From: Candidatus Poribacteria bacterium
Lineage (GTDB): Bacteria > Poribacteria > WGA-4E > WGA-3G
Direction of reading: 5' to 3'
DNA: 64,000 bases
Assembly (NCBI GenBank): GCA_965197475.1
Contig: CBDANF010000003.1
Location: 2,752,001 to 2,816,000, forward strand
The notes below the pieces were generated by a model. That model ran no database searches. It had not been told where the DNA came from and worked only from the letters and a program-made list of their open reading frames with translations. A program made the position numbers and the translations under genes. Shown here piece by piece: positions 37,203 through 47,848 of the stretch. Each line of letters begins with the position of its first letter. The stretch's first letter is position 1.

Positions 37203-39629
37203 ATGAAAAAGACATATTTGCTTTCCACTGTCTTGTTTTTAGTTGTTATTCTGGTTTTGCCAGATGTGTTTGCTCAAGATTATACAAAATGGAACCTACC
37301 TGAAGGGGTGATTGCCCGGATTGGCAAAGGTGTAATTACTGGTGATATTGTGTATTCTCCAGATGGCAGTCAACTGGTTGTGCCAACTGGTATGGGAGTG
37401 TGGATATATGATTCATATACTAGAAAAGAAATTAAACTGTTTACAAAACATCCGAATTGGATTTCAAGCGTGTGTTTTTCACCTGACGGTCAGATCCTCG
37501 CTGGTGGCTGTAATGGTAACATCGAACTGTGGGATGTACAAACAGGCCAACACCTGAAAACCTTAACAGGTCATACAGCTGAAATCAACAGTATTGCTTT
37601 CAGTCCCGATGGTAGCAAACTCGCGACCGGAAGTGGCAGTATTTTTGTCGATGATAATACAATTCGCTTATGGAACCCTGAAACAGGGGAAAAACTCAAA
37701 ACACTCAAAGGGCATACGAAGATAGTTAACAGTGTGTGCTTTTCACCAGATGGGCGCAGGCTTGTTAGCGGAAGCGATGACAATACTATCCGTCTATGGA
37801 ACCCTGATACTGGACAACATCTGAATACACTCAGAGGCCATACAGAATGGGTCAAGAGCGTAGTTTTTAGTACGGATGGACTCCATCTCGCCAGCGCAAG
37901 TTGGGACAAAACAATTGGGATTTGGAACGTTAGCACAGGAAAACGCTTAAAAACTTTTAGGGGGCATACGAGTCGGGTTAACAGTGTATGTTTTTCGCCA
38001 GATGGAACTACTATAGCCAGTGGGAGCTGGGATGGGACGGTTAAATTCTGGTCAACTCTCACAGGCAAAACTTTGAAAACTCTTTATGGACATACTGGTC
38101 AGGTCAACAGCGTATGCTTTTCGCCAGACGGGCTAACAGTTGTAAGTGCAAGTTCGTCTAAACCTCTTGATTATGATAGCAAGGTACGGTTGTGGTCTGC
38201 AAATACCGGAAACCTCATGAAGATTATTACAGGACATACAAAAGCTGTTTCAAGTTTGTACTTTTTTCCTGATGAAGACATATTTGCTGCGGGTAGAGAT
38301 GATGGCGTAGTGCGATTGTGGGAAGCTACCACAGGACAACTTCTGAGTACTTTTTTTGGACACACGAGCACTGTGTCAAGTTTACACGTTTATCCAGATC
38401 AACAAACGCTCGCTAGTGGTAGTGGTGATGGCACAGTGCGATTATGGTCCATCAATACTGGAAAACTTCAAAATATTTACAAAGCAAATACGGATTCTAA
38501 GGGTAAACCTTTGAAAACTCAATCCGGAAATATAGATTGGCTCGGAGGTGTTATTTTTACTCCCGACGGTCACAATTTCGCAAGTTTCGGAAGTGAGGAC
38601 GGAAAAATCCGTTTGTGGTCCACCGCTACCGGTTCGCACATACAAACTTTTGAAGGGCATGAGTGGAGAGTAAAATGCATCGCTTTTTCGGCAAATGGAC
38701 AGATGCTTGCTGGTGGTGGAAGTGTTTTTGAGCCAACGGTTCATTTATGGTCAGTTGTGCCTGGAAATACTTTTAAGACTCTCATTGGACATAAAAACGC
38801 TATCTGGTGTGTTACTTTTTCGCCAGATGGTACTATGCTCGCCAGCGGAAGTTTGGACAACACGGTACGTTTGTGGTCAGTTGCGACTGGAAAACTCCTT
38901 AATACCCTTATAGGACATAGTTCTGCTATCATTAGTTTGTGTTTTTCACCAGATGGCAGTACTCTCGTTACCGGGAGTTTGGACGGGACACTTCGTTTAT
39001 GGGGCATTGATAAAGGGGAAGTTATAACAATTCTTCCAGGAGATGGCAACAGTTTGTGCTTTTCGCCAGATGGCAGTACACTTGTTGCTGGTAATACCGA
39101 TGGGACGGTAAACCTATTGAATGTAGATGAGTTAGCCACACTATCGCTACAAGAAGAATCTATGTCTGCTGGAGACTACTATATGCGAGCTGGTAGGAAG
39201 GGACTAGAAGGAGATTTTAAGGGTGCCATCAACGATTTGGACAAGGCAATTCACTTAAAGCCAGACCTTGCCTCTGCATACTTTTTACGAGGATATACCA
39301 AAGATCGATTGGAACAACACAGGGCTGCTATTGATGACTTTGACATCACACTTCACTTAAAACCAGATTTTTACGGTGCCTACTTATGTCGCGGCATTTC
39401 AAAAGGGCAACTTCAGCAGCACGTCGCCGCCATTAAAGACTTTGATACTTTTATCTCTCAAGAACCGGATAATGCCAGAGCTTACTATAATCGAGGACTC
39501 GCAAAATATCTGTTGGGTAATACTCAAGGAGCTAAACAGGACCTCCAGATGGCATTGAAATATGTTGAAAAAACAAGCGATGCAGAACTCAAATCCAGCA
39601 TTGAGAAAAAGCTTCAAAAACTCAAGTAA
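37203..39629 (+). CDS. Secreted WD40-repeat protein with C-terminal TPRs
   Basis: Signal peptide, QDYTKWNLPEGVIARIGKG, about 14 GH..FSPDG..W repeats, four TPR-like units. Confidence 0.9.
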   Translation: MKKTYLLSTVLFLVVILVLPDVFAQDYTKWNLPEGVIARIGKGVITGDIVYSPDGSQLVVPTGMGVWIYDSYTRKEIKLFTKHPNWISSVCFSPDGQILAGGCNGNIELWDVQTGQHLKTLTGHTAEINSIAFSPDGSKLATGSGSIFVDDNTIRLWNPETGEKLKTLKGHTKIVNSVCFSPDGRRLVSGSDDNTIRLWNPDTGQHLNTLRGHTEWVKSVVFSTDGLHLASASWDKTIGIWNVSTGKRLKTFRGHTSRVNSVCFSPDGTTIASGSWDGTVKFWSTLTGKTLKTLYGHTGQVNSVCFSPDGLTVVSASSSKPLDYDSKVRLWSANTGNLMKIITGHTKAVSSLYFFPDEDIFAAGRDDGVVRLWEATTGQLLSTFFGHTSTVSSLHVYPDQQTLASGSGDGTVRLWSINTGKLQNIYKANTDSKGKPLKTQSGNIDWLGGVIFTPDGHNFASFGSEDGKIRLWSTATGSHIQTFEGHEWRVKCIAFSANGQMLAGGGSVFEPTVHLWSVVPGNTFKTLIGHKNAIWCVTFSPDGTMLASGSLDNTVRLWSVATGKLLNTLIGHSSAIISLCFSPDGSTLVTGSLDGTLRLWGIDKGEVITILPGDGNSLCFSPDGSTLVAGNTDGTVNLLNVDELATLSLQEESMSAGDYYMRAGRKGLEGDFKGAINDLDKAIHLKPDLASAYFLRGYTKDRLEQHRAAIDDFDITLHLKPDFYGAYLCRGISKGQLQQHVAAIKDFDTFISQEPDNARAYYNRGLAKYLLGNTQGAKQDLQMALKYVEKTSDAELKSSIEKKLQKLK

Positions 39630-39750
39630 CAAAATCAGGACTATAGAGTTTTGTTGGACACATCATCAACCTCAATCCGCATAGCACATAATTTCAGATC
39701 TGGTTGTTTAGACACCGAATCAAATGCTGAATTCGTTACATAATTGGCAT

Positions 39751-39830
39751 TATACCAAATTAACGGGATTTGTTTTATTTTTCTGAGCAGACAGCGCGCC
39801 TACAAGAATAATCGAGTTAATATGGTATTA
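39751..39830. mobile_element. MITE
   Basis: tataccaaattaac...gttaatatggtatta; close copy of 54064-54155. Confidence 0.7.
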
Positions 39831-39879
39831 GATATAATGCGATCGCGTGCTGTTGAACAAGAGATTTTGGATATACTTG

Positions 39880-40014
39880 ATGAACCCATACCCAAGCGAG
39901 ATTTGGCTGGCGGATCTTGGTTTAACAGCGAAGACTCGCTCTGTATTTGTGGTATCTCGTTATGATCCATATCCACCGCTGTCTATTGTAACTTATATTC
40001 CTTTAATCTTATGA
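39880..40014 (+). pseudogene. Truncated MazF/PemK-like toxin remnant
   Basis: Manual translation [44 protein letters not shown] resembles the PemK N-terminal pattern. Confidence 0.5.
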
Positions 40015-40498
40015 ATTCCGTTTTCACGACAGATTTATCATCCTCAAGACCCTCAAGCAAAGTTAGGATGCTCTCATTGAAAACGGGATGCACAAGGTCA
40101 GGGGCGACCTCTGCTAATGGAACAAGCACGAAACGGCGGAGATACATCTCCGGATGAGGGATAATAAGATCAGGGGTGTGCAGACATAGGTCCCCATAGA
40201 TCAACACATCCATGTCAATCTCTCTCGGACCCCAGCGAGTACGGTGCTGTCTGCCAACGGTGGTTTCAATATCTTTTAAGGTATGCAGCAAGGCATGCGG
40301 GGAAAGACAAGTTTGGATCGCAACAACACCGTTTAGAAAATCTGCCTGCGCTTTATATCCGACCGGGGCAGTTTTGTATAGTGAGGAAATCGTTTGTAAA
40401 GTGATCCCCTCCGCTACCGATAGGGCATGGATAGCGTTCTCAATATACGCGAGTTTGTCGCCGATGTTGCTGCCGAAACCGATGTATGCTAAATGCAC
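39983..40498 (-). CDS. folK: 2-amino-4-hydroxy-6-hydroxymethyldihydropteridine diphosphokinase
   Basis: [37 protein letters not shown]. Confidence 0.95.
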   Translation of the reverse strand: MHLAYIGFGSNIGDKLAYIENAIHALSVAEGITLQTISSLYKTAPVGYKAQADFLNGVVAIQTCLSPHALLHTLKDIETTVGRQHRTRWGPREIDMDVLIYGDLCLHTPDLIIPHPEMYLRRFVLVPLAEVAPDLVHPVFNESILTLLEGLEDDKSVVKTEFIRLKEYKLQ

Positions 40499-40538
40499 AA
40501 GGTTTTCAAATGGTAAAACAGGACTGATATACCGACTA

Positions 40539-41777
40539 CTAACCGGAAAACTTTCGGATAACTACAGAGGTGTTGTGCCCACCAAAGCCGAATGCGTTGG
40601 AAAGGACGACTTCACTCTTTGCATCACGACTCTCATTTGGAACATAATCCAGATCACATTCTTCATCTGGCACTTCGTAGTTGATAGTCGGCGGAAAAAA
40701 GCCTTTTTCCATTCCCCCTATGCAGGCGATGAGTTCCACAGCACCTGCCGCACCAAGCAGATGTCCAACCATAGACTTAGTGGAACTAACCGGAATTTTG
40801 TAGGCTCGTTCCCCGAAGAGGGATTTAATAGCGTTAGTTTCAGCGATGTCACCACGCGGAGTTGAGGTGCCGTGTGCGTTAATATAATTAACGGCATCTA
40901 TAGGAAGTTTTGCATCGCTGAGTGCAAATTCCATAGCTTTAGCTGCACCTTCGCCGTTTTCAGGCGGACTCACCATATCGCGCGCATCCGAAGTCATGCC
41001 GAATCCGGCAATTTCAGCGTAGATATAGGCACCACGTTTTTTTGCATGCGAAAGCGATTCAAGGATAAGAATTCCTGCGCCATCCCCCATCACAAAGCCA
41101 TCACGGTCTTTGTTGAATGGACGAGACGCACGTTCGGGTTCATGGTTGCGTTCAGACATTGCACGCATTGAGCAGAACCCTGCAAAAGCCAAAGGTGTAA
41201 TAGCGGATTCAGCTCCACCTGTAAACATCACATCTGTATATCCGTGCTGAATCAAACGAAATGATTCCCCAATGGAATGATTAGAAGATGCACAAGCAGT
41301 AACAGAAGCAGAACTGGGGCCTTTTAGGTTAAACTGTATAGACACCTGTCCGGATGCCATATTAATGATCATAAACGGCACGAGAAATGGACTGACGCGT
41401 TGAGGACCTCTATCCATAAGGACTTCTGCGTTCTCCTCAAGGACACCTATGCCACCGACACCAGACCCGATTTGGACCCCTGCACGATAGGGATCTACTT
41501 TGGACATATCCAAACCGGCATCTTCATGTGCCATCATAGAAGCAGCAAGTGCGTACTGAATGAAAAGCGGAAGACGAGATGCAGCTTTCTTATCCAGATA
41601 CTTTTCCGCTTCAAAGTTCTTAACCTCAGCGGCGATCTGAGTGCGATATTCGCTTGCATCAAAATAGGTTAAAGGTCCGATTCCGTTTTTACCGACAGCA
41701 AGCGCATCCCAATATTCTTCTTTCGTGTTGGCAATTGCGTTGAGGACACCGATTCCTGTAATAACTACACGCTCCAC
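40539..41777 (-). CDS. fabF: Beta-ketoacyl-ACP synthase II
   Basis: Probable GTG start 41777 (ERVVITGIG); [31 protein letters not shown]. Confidence 0.95.
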   Translation of the reverse strand: MERVVITGIGVLNAIANTKEEYWDALAVGKNGIGPLTYFDASEYRTQIAAEVKNFEAEKYLDKKAASRLPLFIQYALAASMMAHEDAGLDMSKVDPYRAGVQIGSGVGGIGVLEENAEVLMDRGPQRVSPFLVPFMIINMASGQVSIQFNLKGPSSASVTACASSNHSIGESFRLIQHGYTDVMFTGGAESAITPLAFAGFCSMRAMSERNHEPERASRPFNKDRDGFVMGDGAGILILESLSHAKKRGAYIYAEIAGFGMTSDARDMVSPPENGEGAAKAMEFALSDAKLPIDAVNYINAHGTSTPRGDIAETNAIKSLFGERAYKIPVSSTKSMVGHLLGAAGAVELIACIGGMEKGFFPPTINYEVPDEECDLDYVPNESRDAKSEVVLSNAFGFGGHNTSVVIRKFSG

Positions 41778-41861
41778 GAGACCGATCCTTTTCTTAAGTA
41801 GGTGAAAAGGGCATGTAGTTTTCGGCTGCATGCCCTCAAGAAATTAGTTAAATATGTGAAT

Positions 41862-42095
41862 CTATACATGCTCATCTAAGTAATCAAGGGCATCTTGAAC
41901 AGTTTGTATCTTTTCAGCGTCGCTGTCAGGGATCTCAAGGTCAAATTCCTCTTCAAGTGCCATCACCAATTCAACGGTATCAAGCGAGTCCGCCCCCAAG
42001 TCTTCCATAAATGACGCGTCTGAGGTTACGTTATCTGCGTCAATACCGAGTTGGTGTGAGATGATTTCAATAAGACGTTCTTCGTTTGTTGCCAT
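41862..42095 (-). CDS. acpP: Acyl carrier protein
   Basis: [20 protein letters not shown]. Confidence 0.97.
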   Translation of the reverse strand: MATNEERLIEIISHQLGIDADNVTSDASFMEDLGADSLDTVELVMALEEEFDLEIPDSDAEKIQTVQDALDYLDEHV

Positions 42096-42279
42096 AATAT
42101 GTTATTAATCTCCTATCATAAGGGCGGATAAATCAACTACAATTGAATGGTTGCTGGATCCGCTCCTACGTTAAAAATTTCAAGGTTAACTTGTAGGGTA
42201 AGTTCCATATCCACACCTGTCCCTACGGTAAGCCAATAGTAAAAAACAAATTTACTGCCTATGGGCAGAGAGATATAAG

Positions 42280-43044
42280 TTACATTACCATGCCACCGTC
42301 AACCTGCAGGGTTTGTCCGGTGATATAGCGTGCGGCATCAGATGCCAAAAAGCAGACAGTGTCTGCCACATCTTCTGGGGTGCCAAAGTTCTGTAATGGA
42401 ATAAGTTCAAGCAATTTTTTCTGAAACTCTTCAGGTATTTTTGCTGTCATGTCGGTCGTAATAAATCCAGGTGCGATAGCGTTTACGGTAATGCCTCGCG
42501 TGCCAACCTCTTTTGCCGTCGTTTTTGTTAAACCTATGATGCCAGCTTTCGCTGCGGCATAACTCGCTTGTCCTGCATTTCCCATCAATCCGATAACTGA
42601 CGAGATATTGATGATACGTCCGCTTTTTTGCCGTATCATCGGACGCAGTACTGCACGAGTGCAGTACATCGTTCCCGTAAGATTTGTCTGTAAAACGGCA
42701 TCCCAATCTTCATCCTTGAGACGCATCAGCAACATATCACGCGTAATGCCAGCATTGTTCACAAGGATATCAATTTTCAAAAACTGTTCAATTGTTTCTT
42801 CAATAAGTGCTGCAACATCTTCCTTTTTGGAAATGTCAGCAGCCATCGCGTGTGTAGTGTAACCTTTGTCTTTCAACACATTAGCGGTTTGCGAAACGCT
42901 CTCGGTGGAACGTGAGCAAATCACAACGTTCGCGCCAACTTCACAGAGCCTGTGTGCGATTGCTGCACCAATGCCTCGCGACGCACCCGTTACGATTGCC
43001 GTTTTTCCATTCAGCATATCCTCTGAAAAAACACGTTGTTCCAT
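42280..43044 (-). CDS. fabG: 3-oxoacyl-ACP reductase
   Basis: TGASRGIG, NNAGITRD, YAAAKAG; operon context. Confidence 0.95.
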   Translation of the reverse strand: MEQRVFSEDMLNGKTAIVTGASRGIGAAIAHRLCEVGANVVICSRSTESVSQTANVLKDKGYTTHAMAADISKKEDVAALIEETIEQFLKIDILVNNAGITRDMLLMRLKDEDWDAVLQTNLTGTMYCTRAVLRPMIRQKSGRIINISSVIGLMGNAGQASYAAAKAGIIGLTKTTAKEVGTRGITVNAIAPGFITTDMTAKIPEEFQKKLLELIPLQNFGTPEDVADTVCFLASDAARYITGQTLQVDGGMVM

Positions 43045-43983
43045 CTATCCACCATTTCCATATTCATCTGTCACGAGTGAGAGTGTATCAACGTCTTTAA
43101 CGTTCAAAGCATAACTTTCGGGCAACGTCCGTTTCACCAAGCCAGATAAAACTTTCCCCGGTCCAACCTCAACAAAATCCATGATTCCACTTTTCTCAAT
43201 AGTGTGTAGCGTTTTTTCCCATTGAACAGGTTGTGTTATCTGTTGAAAAAGCAGATATTTGATGTTATCTGTATCCGTTGCCAACTCACCTGTAACGTTC
43301 ATCACTATATCAATTTGCGGGGGACGTAGCGTCACCGAGTCAAGGACAAATTGAAACTTCTGTTGTGCTGATTCCATCAGTGGTGAGTGAAAAGCACCAC
43401 TTACTGGTAAGGAACGACACCGCCTTGCACCAATTTCCGCCGAGGCGAGCGTGACAACCTGATTGACAGCATCAACTTCCCCTGAAATTACCAATTGTCC
43501 GGGACAGTTGTAATTGGCGATCTTAACTACACCATCAACTTTTTCACAGAAACGCTGGAGTTGCACTGCTTCCATGCCAAGGATTGCTGCCATTGTGCCA
43601 TTCTGTTTCTCACCTGCTTCCGCCATAAACTGCGCACGCGCACTTACCAATTGTAACGCATCCGCAAATTCAAGTACGCCAGATGCTACCAGCGCGGAAT
43701 ACTCCCCCAAACTATGCCCTGCTACAACCTTCGGCGCAATCTCTAATTGTGTTAGTACTCTCAATGTCGCTACACTGCACGTTAAAATAGCAAGTTGTGT
43801 GTTTTCAGTCTGCTTTAGTTCTGTTTCTGGCCCCTCAAAACAGAGTTGGCTTAATGTTTTTCCGAGAGACGCATCTGCTTCATCAAAAACAGCTCTGGCA
43901 ATCGGGTAGGTCTGCGCCAATTCAGCTCCCATGCCGACTTTCTGTGACCCTTGTCCTGGGAATATAAAGGCGATTTGCGTCAT
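43045..43983 (-). CDS. fabD: Malonyl-CoA:ACP transacylase
   Basis: FPGQGSQ, GHSLGEY, VSGAFHS. Confidence 0.96.
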   Translation of the reverse strand: MTQIAFIFPGQGSQKVGMGAELAQTYPIARAVFDEADASLGKTLSQLCFEGPETELKQTENTQLAILTCSVATLRVLTQLEIAPKVVAGHSLGEYSALVASGVLEFADALQLVSARAQFMAEAGEKQNGTMAAILGMEAVQLQRFCEKVDGVVKIANYNCPGQLVISGEVDAVNQVVTLASAEIGARRCRSLPVSGAFHSPLMESAQQKFQFVLDSVTLRPPQIDIVMNVTGELATDTDNIKYLLFQQITQPVQWEKTLHTIEKSGIMDFVEVGPGKVLSGLVKRTLPESYALNVKDVDTLSLVTDEYGNGG

Positions 43984-44096
43984 TTTGTGTGTGGGGCTTA
44001 AAGAAGTTTTAGCGTTTATGGTAAAGCCGTGTTATTATTGATAGCGCGCGTACAAAGCAATGACTACGAGTTTTATACTCAAACTATAGTCCGTAT

Positions 44097-45086
44097 TTAC
44101 AACCGTAAGAGCGTACTTCCCCATGTCAAACCAGCACCAAAAGTAACAAGCAGTATAAGGTCCCCAGGTTTTGCACTTCCTTCTCGAATGGCTTCATCTA
44201 ATGCGATAATTATAGTTGCTGCAGAGGTATTACCGTATTTATCAACGTTCACATAAACCTTTTCACGTGGCACGCCAAGCCTATGTCCCACTGCTTCAAT
44301 GATACGCAAGTTCGCTTGATGTGGTATTAATAGATCGATTTCATCAATACTGACATTTGCTTTCCGTAGCACACGTTCTGCAGCTTCTGGCATGAGCCGA
44401 ACCCCGAGTTTGAAAACTTCCCGACCATTCATTTGAATTTTATTCAAATTCTGGTCAATTGCCTCTGATGTTACCGGCATTCTTGACCCGCCAGCAGGGA
44501 TGCCGAGTAGATTGATATCGGCATAATCGCCATCAGAACCGATATAAGAGGCAAGGATTCCTTTTGGTTCTTCAGTGGCTTGGACAACGGCAGCACCGGC
44601 ACCATCACCAAAAAGCACGCAGGTGTTTCTATCGTTCCAGTCTACAATATTGTTAAAAACTTCACCACCGACTACAAGAATAGTATCATACTGTCCAGAT
44701 ATAATCAAGCCGTTTGCTAAATCAAGCCCATACAGGAACCCAGAACATGCTGCTGATATGTCCATCGCAGAAGCGTTTTTTGCACCGATACCTTTCTGCA
44801 CATAACAAGCAGTTGATGGGAAAAACGTGTCGGGTGTAACAGTAGCGACGAGAATCATATCAATTTCAATTGGGTCAATTTGTGCGTGTTTAATAGCCAA
44901 TCGAGATGCATGCACACTTAGGTCCGATGTAGCGACATCATTTTCGGCGATTCGCCGCTCAACAATGCCTGTGCGTTGGCGAATCCATTCGTCGCTGGTA
45001 TCCACCATCTTTTCGAGATCAAAATTGGTTAAAACGGTTTCAGGTAGATAAGCACCCGTCCCTATGATTGCTGCATATCGATCCAT
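44097..45086 (-). CDS. fabH: Beta-ketoacyl-ACP synthase III
   Basis: AACSGF, PHQANLRI, YGNTSAA. Confidence 0.96.
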   Translation of the reverse strand: MDRYAAIIGTGAYLPETVLTNFDLEKMVDTSDEWIRQRTGIVERRIAENDVATSDLSVHASRLAIKHAQIDPIEIDMILVATVTPDTFFPSTACYVQKGIGAKNASAMDISAACSGFLYGLDLANGLIISGQYDTILVVGGEVFNNIVDWNDRNTCVLFGDGAGAAVVQATEEPKGILASYIGSDGDYADINLLGIPAGGSRMPVTSEAIDQNLNKIQMNGREVFKLGVRLMPEAAERVLRKANVSIDEIDLLIPHQANLRIIEAVGHRLGVPREKVYVNVDKYGNTSAATIIIALDEAIREGSAKPGDLILLVTFGAGLTWGSTLLRL

Positions 45087-45185
45087 GCTAAAAAATCCTT
45101 TTTAGCCGATTTATTAATAATCAACACAATAGAATAAATGTGTGAGAAAGGTCAATCGGCGATAATTGAGACGCTGATGCTTTGT

Positions 45186-45371
45186 CTACATTTCTTCTGT
45201 AGACCTTAGAACCGATCGTCCTTTGTAGTGCCCACAATGCTTACAGACTCGATGCGAAACCATCATTTCACCGCAATATAAGCAATCTGTAATAACCTGA
45301 CTCCGGAGCGCGTGATGACTTCTCCGCATTCTTTTCTTCGATTTTGATGTTTTACGTTTTGGATGTGCCAT
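45186..45371 (-). CDS. rpmF: 50S ribosomal protein L32
   Basis: MAHPKRKTSKSKKRMRRSH, CxxC..HRVCxxCGHY. Confidence 0.95.
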   Translation of the reverse strand: MAHPKRKTSKSKKRMRRSHHALRSQVITDCLYCGEMMVSHRVCKHCGHYKGRSVLRSTEEM

Positions 45372-45975
45372 TTTTAGAAATTATCTCCTTACGGCTTTCT
45401 GGCTTAGATTTATTTTCCAACTTTGCTGCCTCTAACAACTGCGGAAGATCGGCAAAAGGCGAAGTGACATAGGGTGCTCCAGATTCAACTTCATCTGTAT
45501 TTTCGCAAGTGCAGTATTCTTCATTCAGATTTGCCCCGCACCCAGCACATAAGCCTTCACACGTCTGTGAGCAGAGAGGCCAAATCGGTATCTGGATTAC
45601 TAATGCTCGTCGTGAGTCTTCAGAAATGTCAAACGTTTCACCGTCATAGTAGCGTTCTCCGTCCTCAACATTATCAGACTCAATCTCTGCGGGGTTACTA
45701 TTTGGAGTGAACTGTACTTCAAACGTTGCTACAATATCCATCTTAAACGGTTCAAGACATTTGCCGCATTGCATTTCTATCGCTGTGGACACCTCAGCTT
45801 TGACGTAGACATTATCCTCACCGTGACGAAGCAATTGAACGATGCCTCGCACTATGCTAATAAATTGCATGTCTTCAAAGTCCAGCTCAAGCTGCGAGGT
45901 TGGGATTTCTACTTCATAATTGTTAAAGACTCCGTCCCGAATATTTCTTACGTCAAAAACCAACGTGTTTTTCAT
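45352..45975 (-). CDS. yceD: DUF177/YceD family protein
   Basis: CGKCLE, LCSQTCEGLCAGCGANLN; upstream of rpmF. Confidence 0.9.
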   Translation of the reverse strand: MKNTLVFDVRNIRDGVFNNYEVEIPTSQLELDFEDMQFISIVRGIVQLLRHGEDNVYVKAEVSTAIEMQCGKCLEPFKMDIVATFEVQFTPNSNPAEIESDNVEDGERYYDGETFDISEDSRRALVIQIPIWPLCSQTCEGLCAGCGANLNEEYCTCENTDEVESGAPYVTSPFADLPQLLEAAKLENKSKPESRKEIISKNGTSKT

Positions 45976-45992
45976 CGTTTTGCCTGTCGAAT

Positions 45993-47393
45993 TTAAAAGG
46001 CCACTTCTTCTTCAATTCTGATGAGTTTCGCACCACCTTTAACGACTTCTAACTTTAATATCTGTTCAAGCGCAGCTTTCATGTTTTTTTCACGGGCTGT
46101 ATGGGTTAACATCATAAGCGAAACAGTCTCGGTATCGTGCGGTTCTTTTTGAACGACTGAGGCAATACTGATATTACAGTTTCCTAAGATGTTGCCAATA
46201 CTCGCTAAAACCCCTGGACGATCAATTACTACAAAACGAAGGTAATAACGCGTTTCAATATCGTCAATAGAGCAGACAGTAATTTCAGTTTGCGAATTCG
46301 CAAGCCAGGCATGGGAAATCGGTGAACTTACACCCCACTGGATAGATTTCGCAGCATCAATAATATCTGCAACAACCGCGCTGGCGGTAGGCATTTCGCC
46401 TGCCCCCTGTCCATAAAAGAGCGTTGGACCGACAGCCGAACCGATGACGCAGACAGCATTAAAGGCACCACCAACGTTCGCTAATAGACTCCGCTCTGGC
46501 AGAAGTGTCGGATGTACCCGAGCCTCTACACGATTGTCATTAGTTAACTTTGCAATAGCGATCAGTTTGATCGTATAACCAAGTTCATGCGCATATTGAA
46601 TCTCTTTCTGGGAAATGTCGGTGATACCTTCAACATGGAATTGGTCAATTGAGAGATTCACACCATAGGCAAGTGCGATGAGAAGGGACAGTTTTTGGGC
46701 GGCATCAATACCCTCAATATCAAGTGTTGGATCGGCTTCAGCATAACCTTTTTCCTGAGCATCTTTAAGCACATCAGAAAAATCGACACCACGTTCGTGC
46801 ATTTCAGTCAGCATGTAGTTACAAGTGCCGTTTACAATACCGTAAATGGATTGAATTTGATTGGCAGTGAAACTTTCTTGGAGCGTTTTGATAATAGGAA
46901 TGCCGCCCGCGGTGCTCGCCTCAAAATTGAGACTCACCTGATGTTTCTGTGCCAATTGGAACAACTCACCTCCATGTTCTGCCAAGAGTGCTTTGTTCGC
47001 TGTCACGACGTGCTTACCGTTTCGGATTGCACGAGTAATGAGTGAATGTGCATCCGTAATACCACCGACGAGTTCCACGACGATATCAATTTCAGGATTG
47101 TCAACGACTTCAGCAGGGTCGCTAGTTAAACAGTCATCGGGCAGTTCAATCCCATGCCGCGAAGCAGGAATTGTCCGTTTCACTACTTTTTTTAGGCACA
47201 ATTGGACACCGCTGTTTTTAGAGATAAGCGTATTTTGATTTACCAGAATTTTGGAAACGCCGGTACCGACTGTTCCCCATCCTAAAATGCCTACATTGAT
47301 ACACGATTTATCCACGACTGAAACTGCCTCTTTTGTGTACGTTCGGACCTGATTTAGCTGGAAACGGACAGATATGCAAATCCGTTTTAACAC
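45993..47393 (-). CDS. hom: Homoserine dehydrogenase with ACT domain (true start probably near 47315)
   Basis: [35 protein letters not shown]. Confidence 0.94.
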   Translation of the reverse strand: MLKRICISVRFQLNQVRTYTKEAVSVVDKSCINVGILGWGTVGTGVSKILVNQNTLISKNSGVQLCLKKVVKRTIPASRHGIELPDDCLTSDPAEVVDNPEIDIVVELVGGITDAHSLITRAIRNGKHVVTANKALLAEHGGELFQLAQKHQVSLNFEASTAGGIPIIKTLQESFTANQIQSIYGIVNGTCNYMLTEMHERGVDFSDVLKDAQEKGYAEADPTLDIEGIDAAQKLSLLIALAYGVNLSIDQFHVEGITDISQKEIQYAHELGYTIKLIAIAKLTNDNRVEARVHPTLLPERSLLANVGGAFNAVCVIGSAVGPTLFYGQGAGEMPTASAVVADIIDAAKSIQWGVSSPISHAWLANSQTEITVCSIDDIETRYYLRFVVIDRPGVLASIGNILGNCNISIASVVQKEPHDTETVSLMMLTHTAREKNMKAALEQILKLEVVKGGAKLIRIEEEVAF

Positions 47394-47401
47394 TCAAAAA
47401 A

Positions 47402-47475
47402 TCGGGGCGACTGGATTCGAACCAGCGACCTCTTGAACCCCATTCAAGCGCGCTTCCGGGCTGCGCCACGCCCCG
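47402..47475 (-). tRNA. tRNA-Pro(GGG)
   Basis: CGGGGCG acceptor stem, anticodon arm CTTGA-ATGGGGT-TCAAG, GGTTCGAATCC T-arm; CCA not encoded. Confidence 0.95.
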
Positions 47476-47848
47476 TTTTAAAATTTAATTACCCTATTAT
47501 AGTATCACAAATTTATGGAAAAGTCAAGTTAAATTGTTTAGAAGAGCCCGTAAAGTTTTAACATTAAGCACTAATTACATAAAATTTGAAAATGTGTGGA
47601 CATTTAAAATTGTGTGAATTGTAGACGCATCTTACATTTTCTGAAACCTGAAGTCTAATGTAGACGTTAACACGTAGTATATAGTTGTAACGAAAAATCT
47701 ACATTGGCATCAACCATATTTTCGTATAAGGAGACTTAACAGTGTTTTAAAGAGAACCATAATAGGAACCGGAAGTCCCATCCAGAAATATACTGGGAGT
47801 TACTGACCTGCACACACGACGCAGGAAACCAATAAAGGAGAAACGGAT

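Noticed and set aside
39744-39965. 73-aa ORF in the track
   Set aside because: It reads through a MITE and a TA remnant in a different frame.
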